Assembly (NCBI GenBank): GCA_035498405.1
Contig: DATKAE010000084.1
Span: 3,539-67,538 of the forward strand
Length of the DNA stretch: 64,000 nt
Reading direction: 5' to 3'
Source of the DNA: Thermoanaerobaculia bacterium
Lineage (GTDB): Bacteria; Acidobacteriota; Thermoanaerobaculia; UBA5066; Gp7-AA6
The notes under the pieces are model-generated. The model saw only the letters and a program-made list of their open reading frames with translations, was not told the DNA's origin and searched no databases. Every line of letters begins with the position of its first letter. Position 1 is the stretch's first letter. Below, in pieces: positions 36,186 through 45,076 of the stretch. The translations under genes were made by a program, and so were the position numbers.

Positions 36186-36252
36186 CTAGTGCCGTTCCAA
36201 CTGGTTGCGCCTACCTGAAGCAAGGCCTAGCATCGAGTTGGAACGGCACTAG
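36186..36252. repeat. 17-bp perfect inverted repeat with 33-nt spacer in a divergent intergenic region
   Basis: CTAGTGCCGTTCCAACT (36186-36202) and AGTTGGAACGGCACTAG (36236-36252). Confidence 0.8.
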
Positions 36253-36261
36253 ACTCCGCGG

Positions 36262-37035
36262 ATGCCGGCCCGGCGCGTCATCTCGCTCTGCCCTTCGATC
36301 ACAGAAACGCTGGTCGAGATCGGCGGGCGAGCGGTCCTCGTGGCGGCCACGCGCTATTGCACGCGGCCGAGGGGTATCCTCCGGGGGATCGAGCGCATCG
36401 GGGGCACGAAGGACCCGGACATCGGAGCGATCCTCGCGCTCACGCCGGATCTCGTCTTTGCCAATCAGGAGGAGAACCGGTTGGAGGACGTCGAGGCCCT
36501 GCGGTCGGCCGGTGTCGAGGTGCACGTGACGTTCCCCAAGAGGGTCGCCGATGTGCCGCGGGACATTCGCGAGTGGGGGGCGAGCCTGGGTGGATCCTGC
36601 GAATCCGAGGCGGAGGCGCTTTCCGATCGCGTTTCCCGAGAGGTCGCCCTCCTCGAGGAGGCGACTGCGCCCCCTCAGTTTCGCTACGCCTACTGGATCT
36701 GGAGGGATCCGTGGATGACGATTTCCGATGACACGTACGTGGCCGATCTCCTGCGGTTGGCGGGAGGCGTCAACGCCTACGGCGCCGAAGCCGATCGATA
36801 TCCGGCCACGACCCCCGAGGAGGCGCTCGCGCGAGGTGCCGGCGTTCACTTCCTTCCCGACGAGCCGTACCCGTTCCGGGAGCGGCGCCACGCGAAACTG
36901 GCCGAGGAGCTCTTCGGGGCAGTGTGCCGGCGCCTGTTCGTGCCGGGCGACGACTTCTGCTGGCATGGCTACCGGACGCTCGCCGGCCTCGAGTGGGTCC
37001 GTCGCCTGCGCTCCGGCAGCGCGTTCGGCTCTTAG
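36262..37035 (+). CDS. BtuF/TroA-like 'helical backbone metal receptor' (cobalamin-binding-protein-like), no signal peptide
   Basis: RVISLCPSITETLVEIG...GGTKDPDIGAILALTPDLVFAN pattern typical of class III periplasmic-binding-fold proteins. Confidence 0.65.
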   Translation: MPARRVISLCPSITETLVEIGGRAVLVAATRYCTRPRGILRGIERIGGTKDPDIGAILALTPDLVFANQEENRLEDVEALRSAGVEVHVTFPKRVADVPRDIREWGASLGGSCESEAEALSDRVSREVALLEEATAPPQFRYAYWIWRDPWMTISDDTYVADLLRLAGGVNAYGAEADRYPATTPEEALARGAGVHFLPDEPYPFRERRHAKLAEELFGAVCRRLFVPGDDFCWHGYRTLAGLEWVRRLRSGSAFGS

Positions 37036-37079
37036 GGAAGGGGAGAGCCGGGGCCGCGCGAGACGTCGAGGGTTGCGGG

Positions 37080-37682
37080 TCAGCCCCGGCGGTTCAGGAG
37101 GTCCAAGAACTCCTCGCGCACCGGTTTGTTGAAGAAGATGCCCCGGATCGCGGAGGTGACCGTCAGGGCTCCCGGCTTCTTGACGCCGCGCATCTCCACG
37201 CAGAGGTGTCGGGCTTCGACGACGACCATGACCCCTTGCGGGCGCAGGGTCTGTTCGAGGAAGCCCGCGATCTGCTCGGTCAGCCGCTCCTGGAGCTGCG
37301 GTCGGCGCGCGTAGAACTCGACGATCCGCGGCATCTTCGAGAGACCCACGATCCTCTCGCTCGGGATGTAGGCGACGTGGGCGTGCCCGTAGAAAGGGAC
37401 GAAGTGATGGGAGCAGAGCGAGTAGAAGGGGATGTCCTTCTCCATGACCATCGCGGTGTAGTGCTCATCGTTGGGGAAGCAGGTCACCGTTGGCTCCGCG
37501 CCCTCGGCGAGGCCGTGGAACATCTCGAGGTACATCTTGGCGACCCGCTCCGGCGTCCCGTCGAGGTTGGGATCGGAGACGTCGAGGCCCAGGGCCTCGA
37601 TGATCCGGCGCATGTGCGCCGCGATCTCGGTAACCTTCTGCTCGTCCTCGATCGACGGGACGACGATGTCGATCTCGCTCAT
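37080..37682 (-). CDS. folE: GTP cyclohydrolase I
   Basis: FYSLCSHHFVPFYGHAHVAYIP...IVGLSK...RRPQLQERLT motifs. Confidence 0.9.
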   Translation of the reverse strand: MSEIDIVVPSIEDEQKVTEIAAHMRRIIEALGLDVSDPNLDGTPERVAKMYLEMFHGLAEGAEPTVTCFPNDEHYTAMVMEKDIPFYSLCSHHFVPFYGHAHVAYIPSERIVGLSKMPRIVEFYARRPQLQERLTEQIAGFLEQTLRPQGVMVVVEARHLCVEMRGVKKPGALTVTSAIRGIFFNKPVREEFLDLLNRRG

Positions 37683-37687
37683 GTCCC

Positions 37688-38149
37688 TCAGGCCGCGCGC
37701 GTCTTCTCCAAGAGCTTCGAGATGTCCCGCGCGACCGGAATGTCATTGGCGACGATCTCCTTGACCTTCCCGTCCTTACCGACGATGAAGGCCGTCCGGG
37801 CCGAGATTCCCCTGTCCTCGAGGTAGACGCCGTACTTGCGGGCCACGTCTCCCTTGGGGTGGAAATCCGCGAGCAGCGGGTAGGCAATGCCGTTCTGGGC
37901 CGCGAACGCCTTATGCGACCAGAGCGAGTCGACCGAGATTCCGAGCACCGCAACGTCGTCGGCGCCCCTGCTCGGGAGCATCTCGGCGCACTGCTTGTTC
38001 TCGACGGAGCAAACGGGCGAGAAATCGAGAGGGTAGAACAACAGGAGGACGTTCTTCTTGCCGCGGTAGTCGGAGAGGGTGACCTTGTCCCCCACAGTCG
38101 AGGGAAGGGTGAAGTCGGGGGCGGCGTCGCCCGGTTTGAGCTGTGCCAT
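37688..38149 (-). CDS. Peroxiredoxin (AhpC/TSA-Bcp-like)
   Basis: Trimmed to ATG 38149. APDFTLP...[16 protein letters not shown] with the peroxidatic Cys. Confidence 0.85.
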   Translation of the reverse strand: MAQLKPGDAAPDFTLPSTVGDKVTLSDYRGKKNVLLLFYPLDFSPVCSVENKQCAEMLPSRGADDVAVLGISVDSLWSHKAFAAQNGIAYPLLADFHPKGDVARKYGVYLEDRGISARTAFIVGKDGKVKEIVANDIPVARDISKLLEKTRAA

Positions 38150-38217
38150 GGGTCGCGCTCCTTTGTCGTCCTCGCGGCTCGGGCCGCGGGGCGGTGATTC
38201 TACCGGAGGGCGGGGTC

Positions 38218-39324
38218 CTAGGAGATGGTCTTCTTGAACGCCCGGGTGCTCCCGGCGACCAGCAGGACGGCGATCACGAGGAGCGCCGCGACGCTGCGCC
38301 AGAGGTCCGCGAAGGTGGCTCCCCGAATGATGATCCCCCTTGCAATGGCGATGAAGTGAGTCGCCGGCAGGATCTGGGAAACGACGCGCAGGGGGGCCGG
38401 CAGCGACGAGAGCGGGAAGATGTACCCCGAAAGCATCACCGACGGGAGCAGGAAGAGCTGCGCCATCTGAATCGCCTCCATCTGGGTGCGGGCGCGAGAG
38501 GAGATGAGCAGGCCGAGGGCGAGCAGGGCGAACAGATAGACAGTCGACAGCCCGAGCAGGAGCGGCAGGCTGCCGTGGATCGGGACCCGAAAGGCCACGG
38601 TCATCAGAAACAGGATGAAGAGCAGCTGCGCGAAGGCCAGCGCGAGGTACGGCAGCAGCTTGCCGAGCACCACGGCGATGGGGGACGCCGGCGTCACCAT
38701 CAGTTGCTCGAGCGTGCCCCGCTCCCGCTCGCGCACGATCGCAAACGCCGCGAGGATCGTGCCGGAGAACGTCAACAGGATGGCGACGAGACCGGGGATG
38801 AGAAGGTTGGCGCTTCGCGAATCGGGATTGAAGAGGAAGAGCGGGTGCGGCCGAATCGGCAGGTCCGTGGTCCCGGCTCGCTCCCCGAGCTCCGTCAGGG
38901 AACGGGAAAGCGCCATTCCGTTGGCGGCGGCGAGCGCCTGGCCCGAGATGGAGGAGTCCGAGCCGTCGATCAAGACCTGGACGTCGGCCGGTTGCGCGTT
39001 CAAGCGCCGCCGCGCGAAGTCCGGCGGGATCTCGATCCCGACCGAGGCCCGCCCGGCCACGATGAGCTCCCTCAGGGCGGCGCGCGAGGGCGCGTAGGCG
39101 ACGATGTCGAAGTAGCTGGTGTTGACGAAGTCCGTCAGGAGCTGGCGACTCTCCTGGGTGCGGCTCTGGTCGAACACGACCGTTCGAACGTGCCGGACGT
39201 TCGTGTCGATCAAGCCGAAGAGCACGAGCTGGAAGGCGGGAACGAGCATCGCGAATTGGAGCGTTCCCCGGTCGCGGACCATCTGGACCGCTTCCTTCTT
39301 GAGCACCGGCAGGAATCCCCTCAT
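38218..39324 (-). CDS. ABC-2 type transporter permease
   Basis: [23 protein letters not shown]-terminus, large periplasmic loop, and 5 C-terminal TM segments. ATGA overlap with the ATPase gene. Confidence 0.8.
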   Translation of the reverse strand: MRGFLPVLKKEAVQMVRDRGTLQFAMLVPAFQLVLFGLIDTNVRHVRTVVFDQSRTQESRQLLTDFVNTSYFDIVAYAPSRAALRELIVAGRASVGIEIPPDFARRRLNAQPADVQVLIDGSDSSISGQALAAANGMALSRSLTELGERAGTTDLPIRPHPLFLFNPDSRSANLLIPGLVAILLTFSGTILAAFAIVRERERGTLEQLMVTPASPIAVVLGKLLPYLALAFAQLLFILFLMTVAFRVPIHGSLPLLLGLSTVYLFALLALGLLISSRARTQMEAIQMAQLFLLPSVMLSGYIFPLSSLPAPLRVVSQILPATHFIAIARGIIIRGATFADLWRSVAALLVIAVLLVAGSTRAFKKTIS

Positions 39325-40319
39325 GACGTGGCGGCAATCCGGGCCGGATCTTCGGTGCGCCGTTCGATCTGGAGGCGGGTCAGGCGGACGAAGACGTCCT
39401 CGAGCGATGCCGTGATCGGCCGAAGCTCGACCGGAGCGCCGGCCGCCTTCTCGAGGTCCTGCGTGATCCGCTCGGCCGGCACGTCGGCGCGGACGAGCAA
39501 GTGGAGCGAGTTGCCGAAGATCGTGACGTCCTCCACGTACGGCAGGGACCGCGCCCCGCTCATGAACGCCGCGACCCCCTTTTCGCACGCGGCTTCCACG
39601 CGACGCATTCCGCCGGGCGTCACGTCCGACAGTCTCGTGAGCTCGTCGGGTGTGCCTTCGACGAGCATCTTGGACAGGTAGAGATAGCCGACCCGTCCGC
39701 ACCGCTCGGCCTCGTCCATGTAGTGTGTGGTCACCAGGAACGTGACGTCCTCGGCCGCGAGCGTGAAGAGCAGATTCCAAAGCTCGCGGCGGGCGACCGG
39801 ATCGATTCCGGCGGTCGGCTCGTCGAGGAAGAGAACCCGGGGGCGATGCATGAGGGCGGCCGCGAGGGCGAGGCGCTGTTTCCACCCCCCGGACAGCTGT
39901 GCCGCGAGACGGTGGCGGTACGGCCCGATCGAAGTCAGCCCGATGGCCCACTCGCGCCGTTCCTCGAGCAGGGCCCCCTGGAGTCCGTAGACGGAAGCGA
40001 AGAAGTCGAGGTTCTCCAGAACCGTCAGGTCTACGTAGAGGGAGAAGTTCTGGGAGACGTAACCGATGCGGCGCCGGACCTCCTCGCCCTGCCGAGAGAC
40101 GTCGAGGCCGTCCACGCGGGCGCGTCCTTCGGTGGGCGCCAGCAGCCCGCAGAGAATCCGGATGAGCGTCGACTTGCCCGATCCGTTGGGCCCGAGCAGG
40201 CCGTAGATCTCGCCGCGGGGCACCGCCAGGGAGACCCGATCGAGCGCGCGCACCTTGCCGAAGTCGCGCGAAACCGACTCCACCTCGATGCCGTTCTCGC
40301 GGCTCGTGTCCGGCGGCAT
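39321..40319 (-). CDS. ABC transporter ATP-binding protein
   Basis: Walker [10 protein letters not shown], signature LSGGWKQR, Walker B LFLDEPT. Confidence 0.9.
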   Translation of the reverse strand: MPPDTSRENGIEVESVSRDFGKVRALDRVSLAVPRGEIYGLLGPNGSGKSTLIRILCGLLAPTEGRARVDGLDVSRQGEEVRRRIGYVSQNFSLYVDLTVLENLDFFASVYGLQGALLEERREWAIGLTSIGPYRHRLAAQLSGGWKQRLALAAALMHRPRVLFLDEPTAGIDPVARRELWNLLFTLAAEDVTFLVTTHYMDEAERCGRVGYLYLSKMLVEGTPDELTRLSDVTPGGMRRVEAACEKGVAAFMSGARSLPYVEDVTIFGNSLHLLVRADVPAERITQDLEKAAGAPVELRPITASLEDVFVRLTRLQIERRTEDPARIAATS

Positions 40320-41252
40320 CTAGGGCTCCCGCATTCGCACGGTGGCCGCCATGCCGGGCTTCAGATCCGGCGAGGGATCGATCGCGATCTTCACGCCGAA
40401 GACCTGGTCCATTCGCTGATCGAGGGTCTGAACGTTGCGGGGCGTGTACTCCGATTGCGTGCGGATCTCGACGACATGCCCGTGATACTCGCGCTTCGGA
40501 AAGGTGTCGACCTTCAGGGCCGCTTTCTGGCCGACCCGGACGCGGCCCAGCTCCGGCTCGGGCACATACACGCGCACCCAGAGCTGCGAGGGCTCCAGCA
40601 TCTTCGCCACCGGCTGGTTGGCGCCCACCAGATCGCCGGGACGCAGGTCCATCGACTCGATCACGCCGTCGGCCGGAGCGCGAACCAGCGACTCCGCCCG
40701 CTGGCGCTCGAGATACCCGAGCTGTTTCTCCTCGGCCTCGAGTGTGGCCCGGGCGGCGGCGATGTCCTCGGGGCGATTGCCGCGCTCGAGCTCCAGGAAC
40801 GCCTCGCGCGCGGTTTTCGCAGCCGTCTCGGCCGAGTCGTAGGCCTCGCGGCCGGTGATTCCGCTGTCGAGAAGAGATTGCTGGCGAAGGCGCTCGCGCT
40901 CGGTGTTTTCCGCCAGGGCGCGCGCCGCCGCGATCTGTTCGGCGCGCGGACCGCGCAGCGCCTTCAGCAGGTCCGCCCGCGCCTGCTCCACCCGCGCGCG
41001 CTGCTGCTGGATCTGCAGGTCGATCAGATCGGTCTCGAATTGAACGATCGGCTGACCCGCCGCGACCGTCGACCCCTCGTCGACGAGGACCTTCTGGATC
41101 CGCCCCCCCAGAAGCGACCCGACCTCGACGTCGCGGGCCTCGATGGCCCCGGAGAGGACGAAGGGCTTCTCGCGACCCGCGCGCCGCCAGGCCCAAAACC
41201 CGCCGGCCGCCGCGAGGAGGAGCAGGAGGAGCAGGAGAGCCCGGCGCTTCAT
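40320..41252 (-). CDS. HlyD-family membrane-fusion (periplasmic adaptor) protein
   Basis: N-terminal TM segment, lipoyl-like hairpin flanks, long coiled coil, beta-barrel C-terminus. Abuts the ABC ATPase gene. Confidence 0.8.
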   Translation of the reverse strand: MKRRALLLLLLLLAAAGGFWAWRRAGREKPFVLSGAIEARDVEVGSLLGGRIQKVLVDEGSTVAAGQPIVQFETDLIDLQIQQQRARVEQARADLLKALRGPRAEQIAAARALAENTERERLRQQSLLDSGITGREAYDSAETAAKTAREAFLELERGNRPEDIAAARATLEAEEKQLGYLERQRAESLVRAPADGVIESMDLRPGDLVGANQPVAKMLEPSQLWVRVYVPEPELGRVRVGQKAALKVDTFPKREYHGHVVEIRTQSEYTPRNVQTLDQRMDQVFGVKIAIDPSPDLKPGMAATVRMREP

Positions 41253-41881
41253 CGGCTCTTTCCCCCCGTGACGATGGCCCCATGGGTCCAGATGTCCAGA
41301 ACCGTGTCGACGTAACGGGACAGCGGAATCGGCGGCGCCAGCCGGAGCACCCGATGCAAGAAGACATAGGACTGCAGCGCGCCGACGAACGAGAGAGCGC
41401 CGGCCCGAGGGTCTCTCAAGCGCAGGGTCCCGGCGGCGCGGGCGCGCCGAAAATAGCTCTCGAGGTCCGCGATGATGCGCGCGGGAGGAGAGGACTTCTG
41501 GCGGGGATCGAAGGGGAGGCGAACCGTTCGGGCCTCGTCTTCGGTCCGAGCCCGCAGAAAATGGGCGATGTTTTCTCCCATCTTTCGCTCGATGAAAGGA
41601 ACGAGCGTCGTCGCGAGGCGGCGCAGCGCCCGTCCCGGCGTCTCGGCGTTCGGGAGGCCGACGAGAAAGTCGCTCGGGAGGCCTTCTTCGGCCTCGCCCG
41701 CGGCCATGGCGTCGCGGAAGAGGGCTTCCTTGCTGGGGGAGTGGCGCAGCAACGCCGCCGGGGAGATTCCCAGCCGCGAGCCGATCGCGGCCAGTGTCGT
41801 GCCTTCGTAGCCGCGCAGGGCGAAGGCTTCCCGCGCGGCGCGGAAGACCTCTTCACGCGTGACTCTCGGACGCCGGCCCAT
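41249..41881 (-). CDS. TetR/AcrR family transcriptional regulator
   Basis: N-terminal HTH (FALRGYEGTTLAAIGSRLGISPAALLRHSPSKEALF). First gene of the efflux operon. Confidence 0.85.
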   Translation of the reverse strand: MGRRPRVTREEVFRAAREAFALRGYEGTTLAAIGSRLGISPAALLRHSPSKEALFRDAMAAGEAEEGLPSDFLVGLPNAETPGRALRRLATTLVPFIERKMGENIAHFLRARTEDEARTVRLPFDPRQKSSPPARIIADLESYFRRARAAGTLRLRDPRAGALSFVGALQSYVFLHRVLRLAPPIPLSRYVDTVLDIWTHGAIVTGGKSR

Positions 41882-41896
41882 AATAAGTAACTAAAT

Positions 41897-41907
41897 AGTA
41901 ATTTACT
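41897..41907. promoter_or_regulatory. Candidate TetR operator palindrome in AT-rich leader
   Basis: AGTAAtTTACT palindrome 16 nt upstream of the tetR start, within ATAATAAGTAACTAAATAGTAATTTACTTTTCTTGTCAAGG. This is the only AT-rich stretch for kilobases. Confidence 0.4.
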
Positions 41908-42065
41908 TTTCTTGTCAAGGGTGCGGCGACCCTCCCGTCCCGGCAGCCCCCCGGGGGGGCCCGACTCGAGGAAGCCGGCAGCGCCGGCCATCCCTGCGTG
42001 AGAGCGACGGGACCGTCTCCGGGCGAGGCGGCTGGTTCCGGCGCCTCGGTTAAGATCTGCCTTTC

Positions 42066-42890
42066 ATGCGCGTCGACCTGCACAGCCATTCCAACGTCTC
42101 CGACGGCCTCGACTCTCCGGCCGAGCTCGTGCGTCTGATGGCCTACGCGGGCATTTCGGCCTTCGCCCTGACCGACCATGACTCTCTGCAGGGTCTGCCG
42201 GAAGCCCGGCGGGAGGCGGAGGCGCTCGGGATCGAGCTCATCCCGGGGGCCGAAATCTCCTCGCATTTCGACGGGCAGGACGACATTCACATCCTCGCGT
42301 TGTTCGTCGACGAGAACAACGACCGGTTGAACGGCCAGCTCGTCATCCGGCAGGAGAACCGGCGCCTTCGCGGCGAGAAAATGGCGCGAAACCTGATCGA
42401 GGCCGGGTACCCGATCGATCTGGAGGCCGTTCGCGAGGAAGTGGGTGATGGCGTGTGGGCGCGGCCCCACCTCGCGCGCGCGCTGGTCCGGGCGGGCCAC
42501 GCGCAGGACCACGACGATGCCTTCGACCGGTTCCTGCACGCCGGGACTCCCTGGTACGTGGCCTCGGAAAAGTGGGAGTCTCGGGACGTCGTGCGGACGA
42601 TTCGCCAGGCGGGCGGCATTTCCTCGCTCGCGCATGCGGTCTGGTACAAGGACGTGGAGGCGATGGCGCGCACGCTCGCCGCCGAGGGACTCGACGCCAT
42701 CGAGGTGTTCCACCCGGACCACGGACCGGGAGAAGAGGCGCGGCTCGGGCACCTCGTCAACGAGCTCGGCCTGGCGGTGACGGCGGGCAGCGACTTCCAC
42801 GGTACGCCCGACGGGCGCAAGCGCCCCGGCGGCGTCTCGGGTGACGCCGAGATGCTCGGGATCCTGCGCGCGCGCGCGAAGCGCGGCTGA
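42066..42890 (+). CDS. PHP-domain phosphoesterase (TrpH/YciV-like)
   Basis: MRVDLHSHSNVSDG...ALTDHD and later H/D metal-ligand motifs. Confidence 0.8.
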   Translation: MRVDLHSHSNVSDGLDSPAELVRLMAYAGISAFALTDHDSLQGLPEARREAEALGIELIPGAEISSHFDGQDDIHILALFVDENNDRLNGQLVIRQENRRLRGEKMARNLIEAGYPIDLEAVREEVGDGVWARPHLARALVRAGHAQDHDDAFDRFLHAGTPWYVASEKWESRDVVRTIRQAGGISSLAHAVWYKDVEAMARTLAAEGLDAIEVFHPDHGPGEEARLGHLVNELGLAVTAGSDFHGTPDGRKRPGGVSGDAEMLGILRARAKRG

Positions 42891-43027
42891 GGGACACCGC
42901 GGCGTCGCCGGGCGAGCCGCATCCGGAAACGCTCCGTCGGGGTCGCGCCTCCTTCGCCGCGCTCTCGGCTCCTTCGAGGGGCGGGGCTCGGACTTCATTT
43001 GTCCCCTCGGTCGCCGTCCAATTCCGT

Positions 43028-43054
43028 TGTGGAAAAGCCCTCTGTGGAAAAGCC
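43028..43054 (+). promoter_or_regulatory. Two tandem TGTGGAAAAGCC repeats (DnaA-box-like, one mismatch to the TGTGGATAA complement)
   Basis: 12-nt exact direct repeats at 43028-43039 and 43043-43054, about 110 nt upstream of dnaB. Confidence 0.3.
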
Positions 43055-43162
43055 GGGCCAAAAAATTTCCCCGTCCCGCTGCCGCAGGGGATCGGCGTGG
43101 ACGGAATGCGGAAATGTTGACAGGTCCCCGCGTCGGGTGAAAGATCCGCGGGCTTTTCCCTG

Positions 43163-44533
43163 ATGCTCGAAGAACTCGCTCTCGAAAGAGGCCTGCCGCA
43201 GAACCTCGAGGCCGAACGCTCGGTGTTGGGCTCGATCCTTCTCGACTCCGCGTCGCTCTCCTTCGTGGTTCCGGTGCTGCAACAGGAGGACTTCTTTCCC
43301 GACACGCACCGGCGGATCTACGGTGCGATGCTCGAGCTCTTCGAGCGCTCCTCGGAGATCGACACCCTCACACTCAAGGAGGAGCTCGATCGGACCGGCG
43401 GCGCGGAGAAGGCGGGCGGCGCCGCCTACCTGGCGGCGCTCGTGGATGCGGTGCCCGACGTGTCCAACGTCGAGCACTATGCCCGGATCGTCAAGGAGAA
43501 GGCGACGCTGCGTCGGCTCATTCAGGCCGGGCAGCGACTGGTGCGCCAAGGGCTTTCGCAGGAGCAATCGGCGGAGGATCTGTTGGGCTCGGCGACGGGC
43601 GAGATCTTCGACATCGTCGAGGACTCGCTCCGTGGCAGCTTCACGCCGATCGGTCAGATCGTCAAGCACAACCTGGAGGTCATCGAGGAGGCGCGGAACC
43701 GGCAGGGGATGCTCTCGGGTCTGCCGACCGGATTCACGGAGCTCGACCGCATGACCTCCGGCCTTCAGCCAACCGACCTCATCATCATCGCCGCGCGACC
43801 CTCGGTCGGGAAGACCTCCTTCGCCTTGAACATCGCCCAGCACGTCGCCTTCCGAGAGGGCCGGTCGGTCGGCTTCTTCTCGCTCGAGATGTCACGCGAG
43901 CAGGTTGGATTCCGCGTCCTCTGCTCCGAGGCGGACGTCGATGCCAAGAAGGTGCGTGACGGATACGCGTCTCGGGAAGCCACGGTGCGTCTGGTCACGG
44001 CGCAGGCGAAGATCGCGGGGGCGAACTTCTTTCTGGACGACAGCGCGGCTCTGTCGGTCCCGGAGATGCGCGCCAAGGCTCAGCGGCTGAAGCGAGAAAA
44101 GGGGCTCGATCTGGTGATCGTGGACTACATGCAGCTGATGATGGGCCACGGTCGATTCGACAATCGGACTCAGGAAGTCTCGCAAATCTCGCGGGGCTTG
44201 AAGCTCCTCGCCAAGGAGCTTCGTGTCCCCGTCGTCGCGCTTTCGCAACTCTCCCGTCAGCCCGAACAGCGCAAGGGCGAGCTGCGCAAGCCGCAGCTGG
44301 CCGATCTGAGAGACAGCGGCTCGATCGAACAGGATGCCGACGTCGTCGCGTTCCTCTACCGCGAGGAGCTGTACGACCGGGATACCGAGCGCAAGGGGAT
44401 CGCGGACGTGATCATCGCCAAGCAGCGAAACGGTCCCACCGGCGACTTTCCCCTGGTCTTTCTGGCCGATCACATGACCTTTGCCAACTACGCGGGGGGA
44501 TCGGCGATCGCGCCCGAGGGACAGCCCTTCTAG
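43163..44533 (+). CDS. dnaB: Replicative DNA helicase
   Basis: PQNLEAERSVLGSILLD N-terminus, Walker A ARPSVGKTS, and DYMQLM...SRGLKLLAKELRVPVVALSQLSR motifs. Confidence 0.95.
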   Translation: MLEELALERGLPQNLEAERSVLGSILLDSASLSFVVPVLQQEDFFPDTHRRIYGAMLELFERSSEIDTLTLKEELDRTGGAEKAGGAAYLAALVDAVPDVSNVEHYARIVKEKATLRRLIQAGQRLVRQGLSQEQSAEDLLGSATGEIFDIVEDSLRGSFTPIGQIVKHNLEVIEEARNRQGMLSGLPTGFTELDRMTSGLQPTDLIIIAARPSVGKTSFALNIAQHVAFREGRSVGFFSLEMSREQVGFRVLCSEADVDAKKVRDGYASREATVRLVTAQAKIAGANFFLDDSAALSVPEMRAKAQRLKREKGLDLVIVDYMQLMMGHGRFDNRTQEVSQISRGLKLLAKELRVPVVALSQLSRQPEQRKGELRKPQLADLRDSGSIEQDADVVAFLYREELYDRDTERKGIADVIIAKQRNGPTGDFPLVFLADHMTFANYAGGSAIAPEGQPF

Positions 44534-44590
44534 CGCGTCCGCGCGTTTGCCCGTGCACCGGGGCGCCTGGCTCCGGGGCCGCGGGGGCGG

Positions 44591-45076
44591 TCACTTCGTC
44601 TTCGAGTAGTGCTTCAGCGTCAGGATCTCGTCGAGCTCCGTGATGCCGACGAAGACGTACAGCCACTTTCCATCCTTTTTTCGAGCGATCGTCGAGAATC
44701 GGCCTTTGATCGTCGAGGGTTCCTTCCCCGATTTCGGCTCCAGACGCATCGACAGGTCCCCCCACCCCGCCGAGACGTTCGCCGAGGTCAGATAGCGGGC
44801 ATCCTTGAAGGCGGGCTCGGAGACCTTGTTGGCATTCAAGACGGAGTTCCACTTGAAACGGATCTCCTCCAGGCCCCGGGCGGCCTTCTCTCCGGGCGGA
44901 AAGAGGACGGCGTCGTCGGCGTATAGCCTCATGACTGCCTCGATGTCGCCGGCCTGAAGCGCCTTGACGAAGGCCGCGTTCAGCTGCTCGACACCGTCGC
45001 TGCCTGCCGGCAGTCCGGTAGCCGAGCAGACTCCCACGAGAAGAGACAGCAGCCCGACGCCGATGACTCGTTTCAT
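44591..45076 (-). CDS. Exported SnoaL/DUF4440-like (NTF2-fold) protein
   Basis: Trimmed to ATG 45076 after GGAGG. Signal peptide MKRVIGVGLLSLLVGVCSA. LNAAFVKALQAGDIEAVMRLYADDAVLFPPG. Confidence 0.65.
   Translation of the reverse strand: MKRVIGVGLLSLLVGVCSATGLPAGSDGVEQLNAAFVKALQAGDIEAVMRLYADDAVLFPPGEKAARGLEEIRFKWNSVLNANKVSEPAFKDARYLTSANVSAGWGDLSMRLEPKSGKEPSTIKGRFSTIARKKDGKWLYVFVGITELDEILTLKHYSKTK

Noticed and set aside
36160-36261. Cobalamin riboswitch upstream of the BtuF-like gene
   Set aside because: The leader is only about 100 nt and is dominated by one long hairpin. No B12-box-like core was seen, and the encoded protein lacks a signal peptide, so it is not a classical uptake gene.
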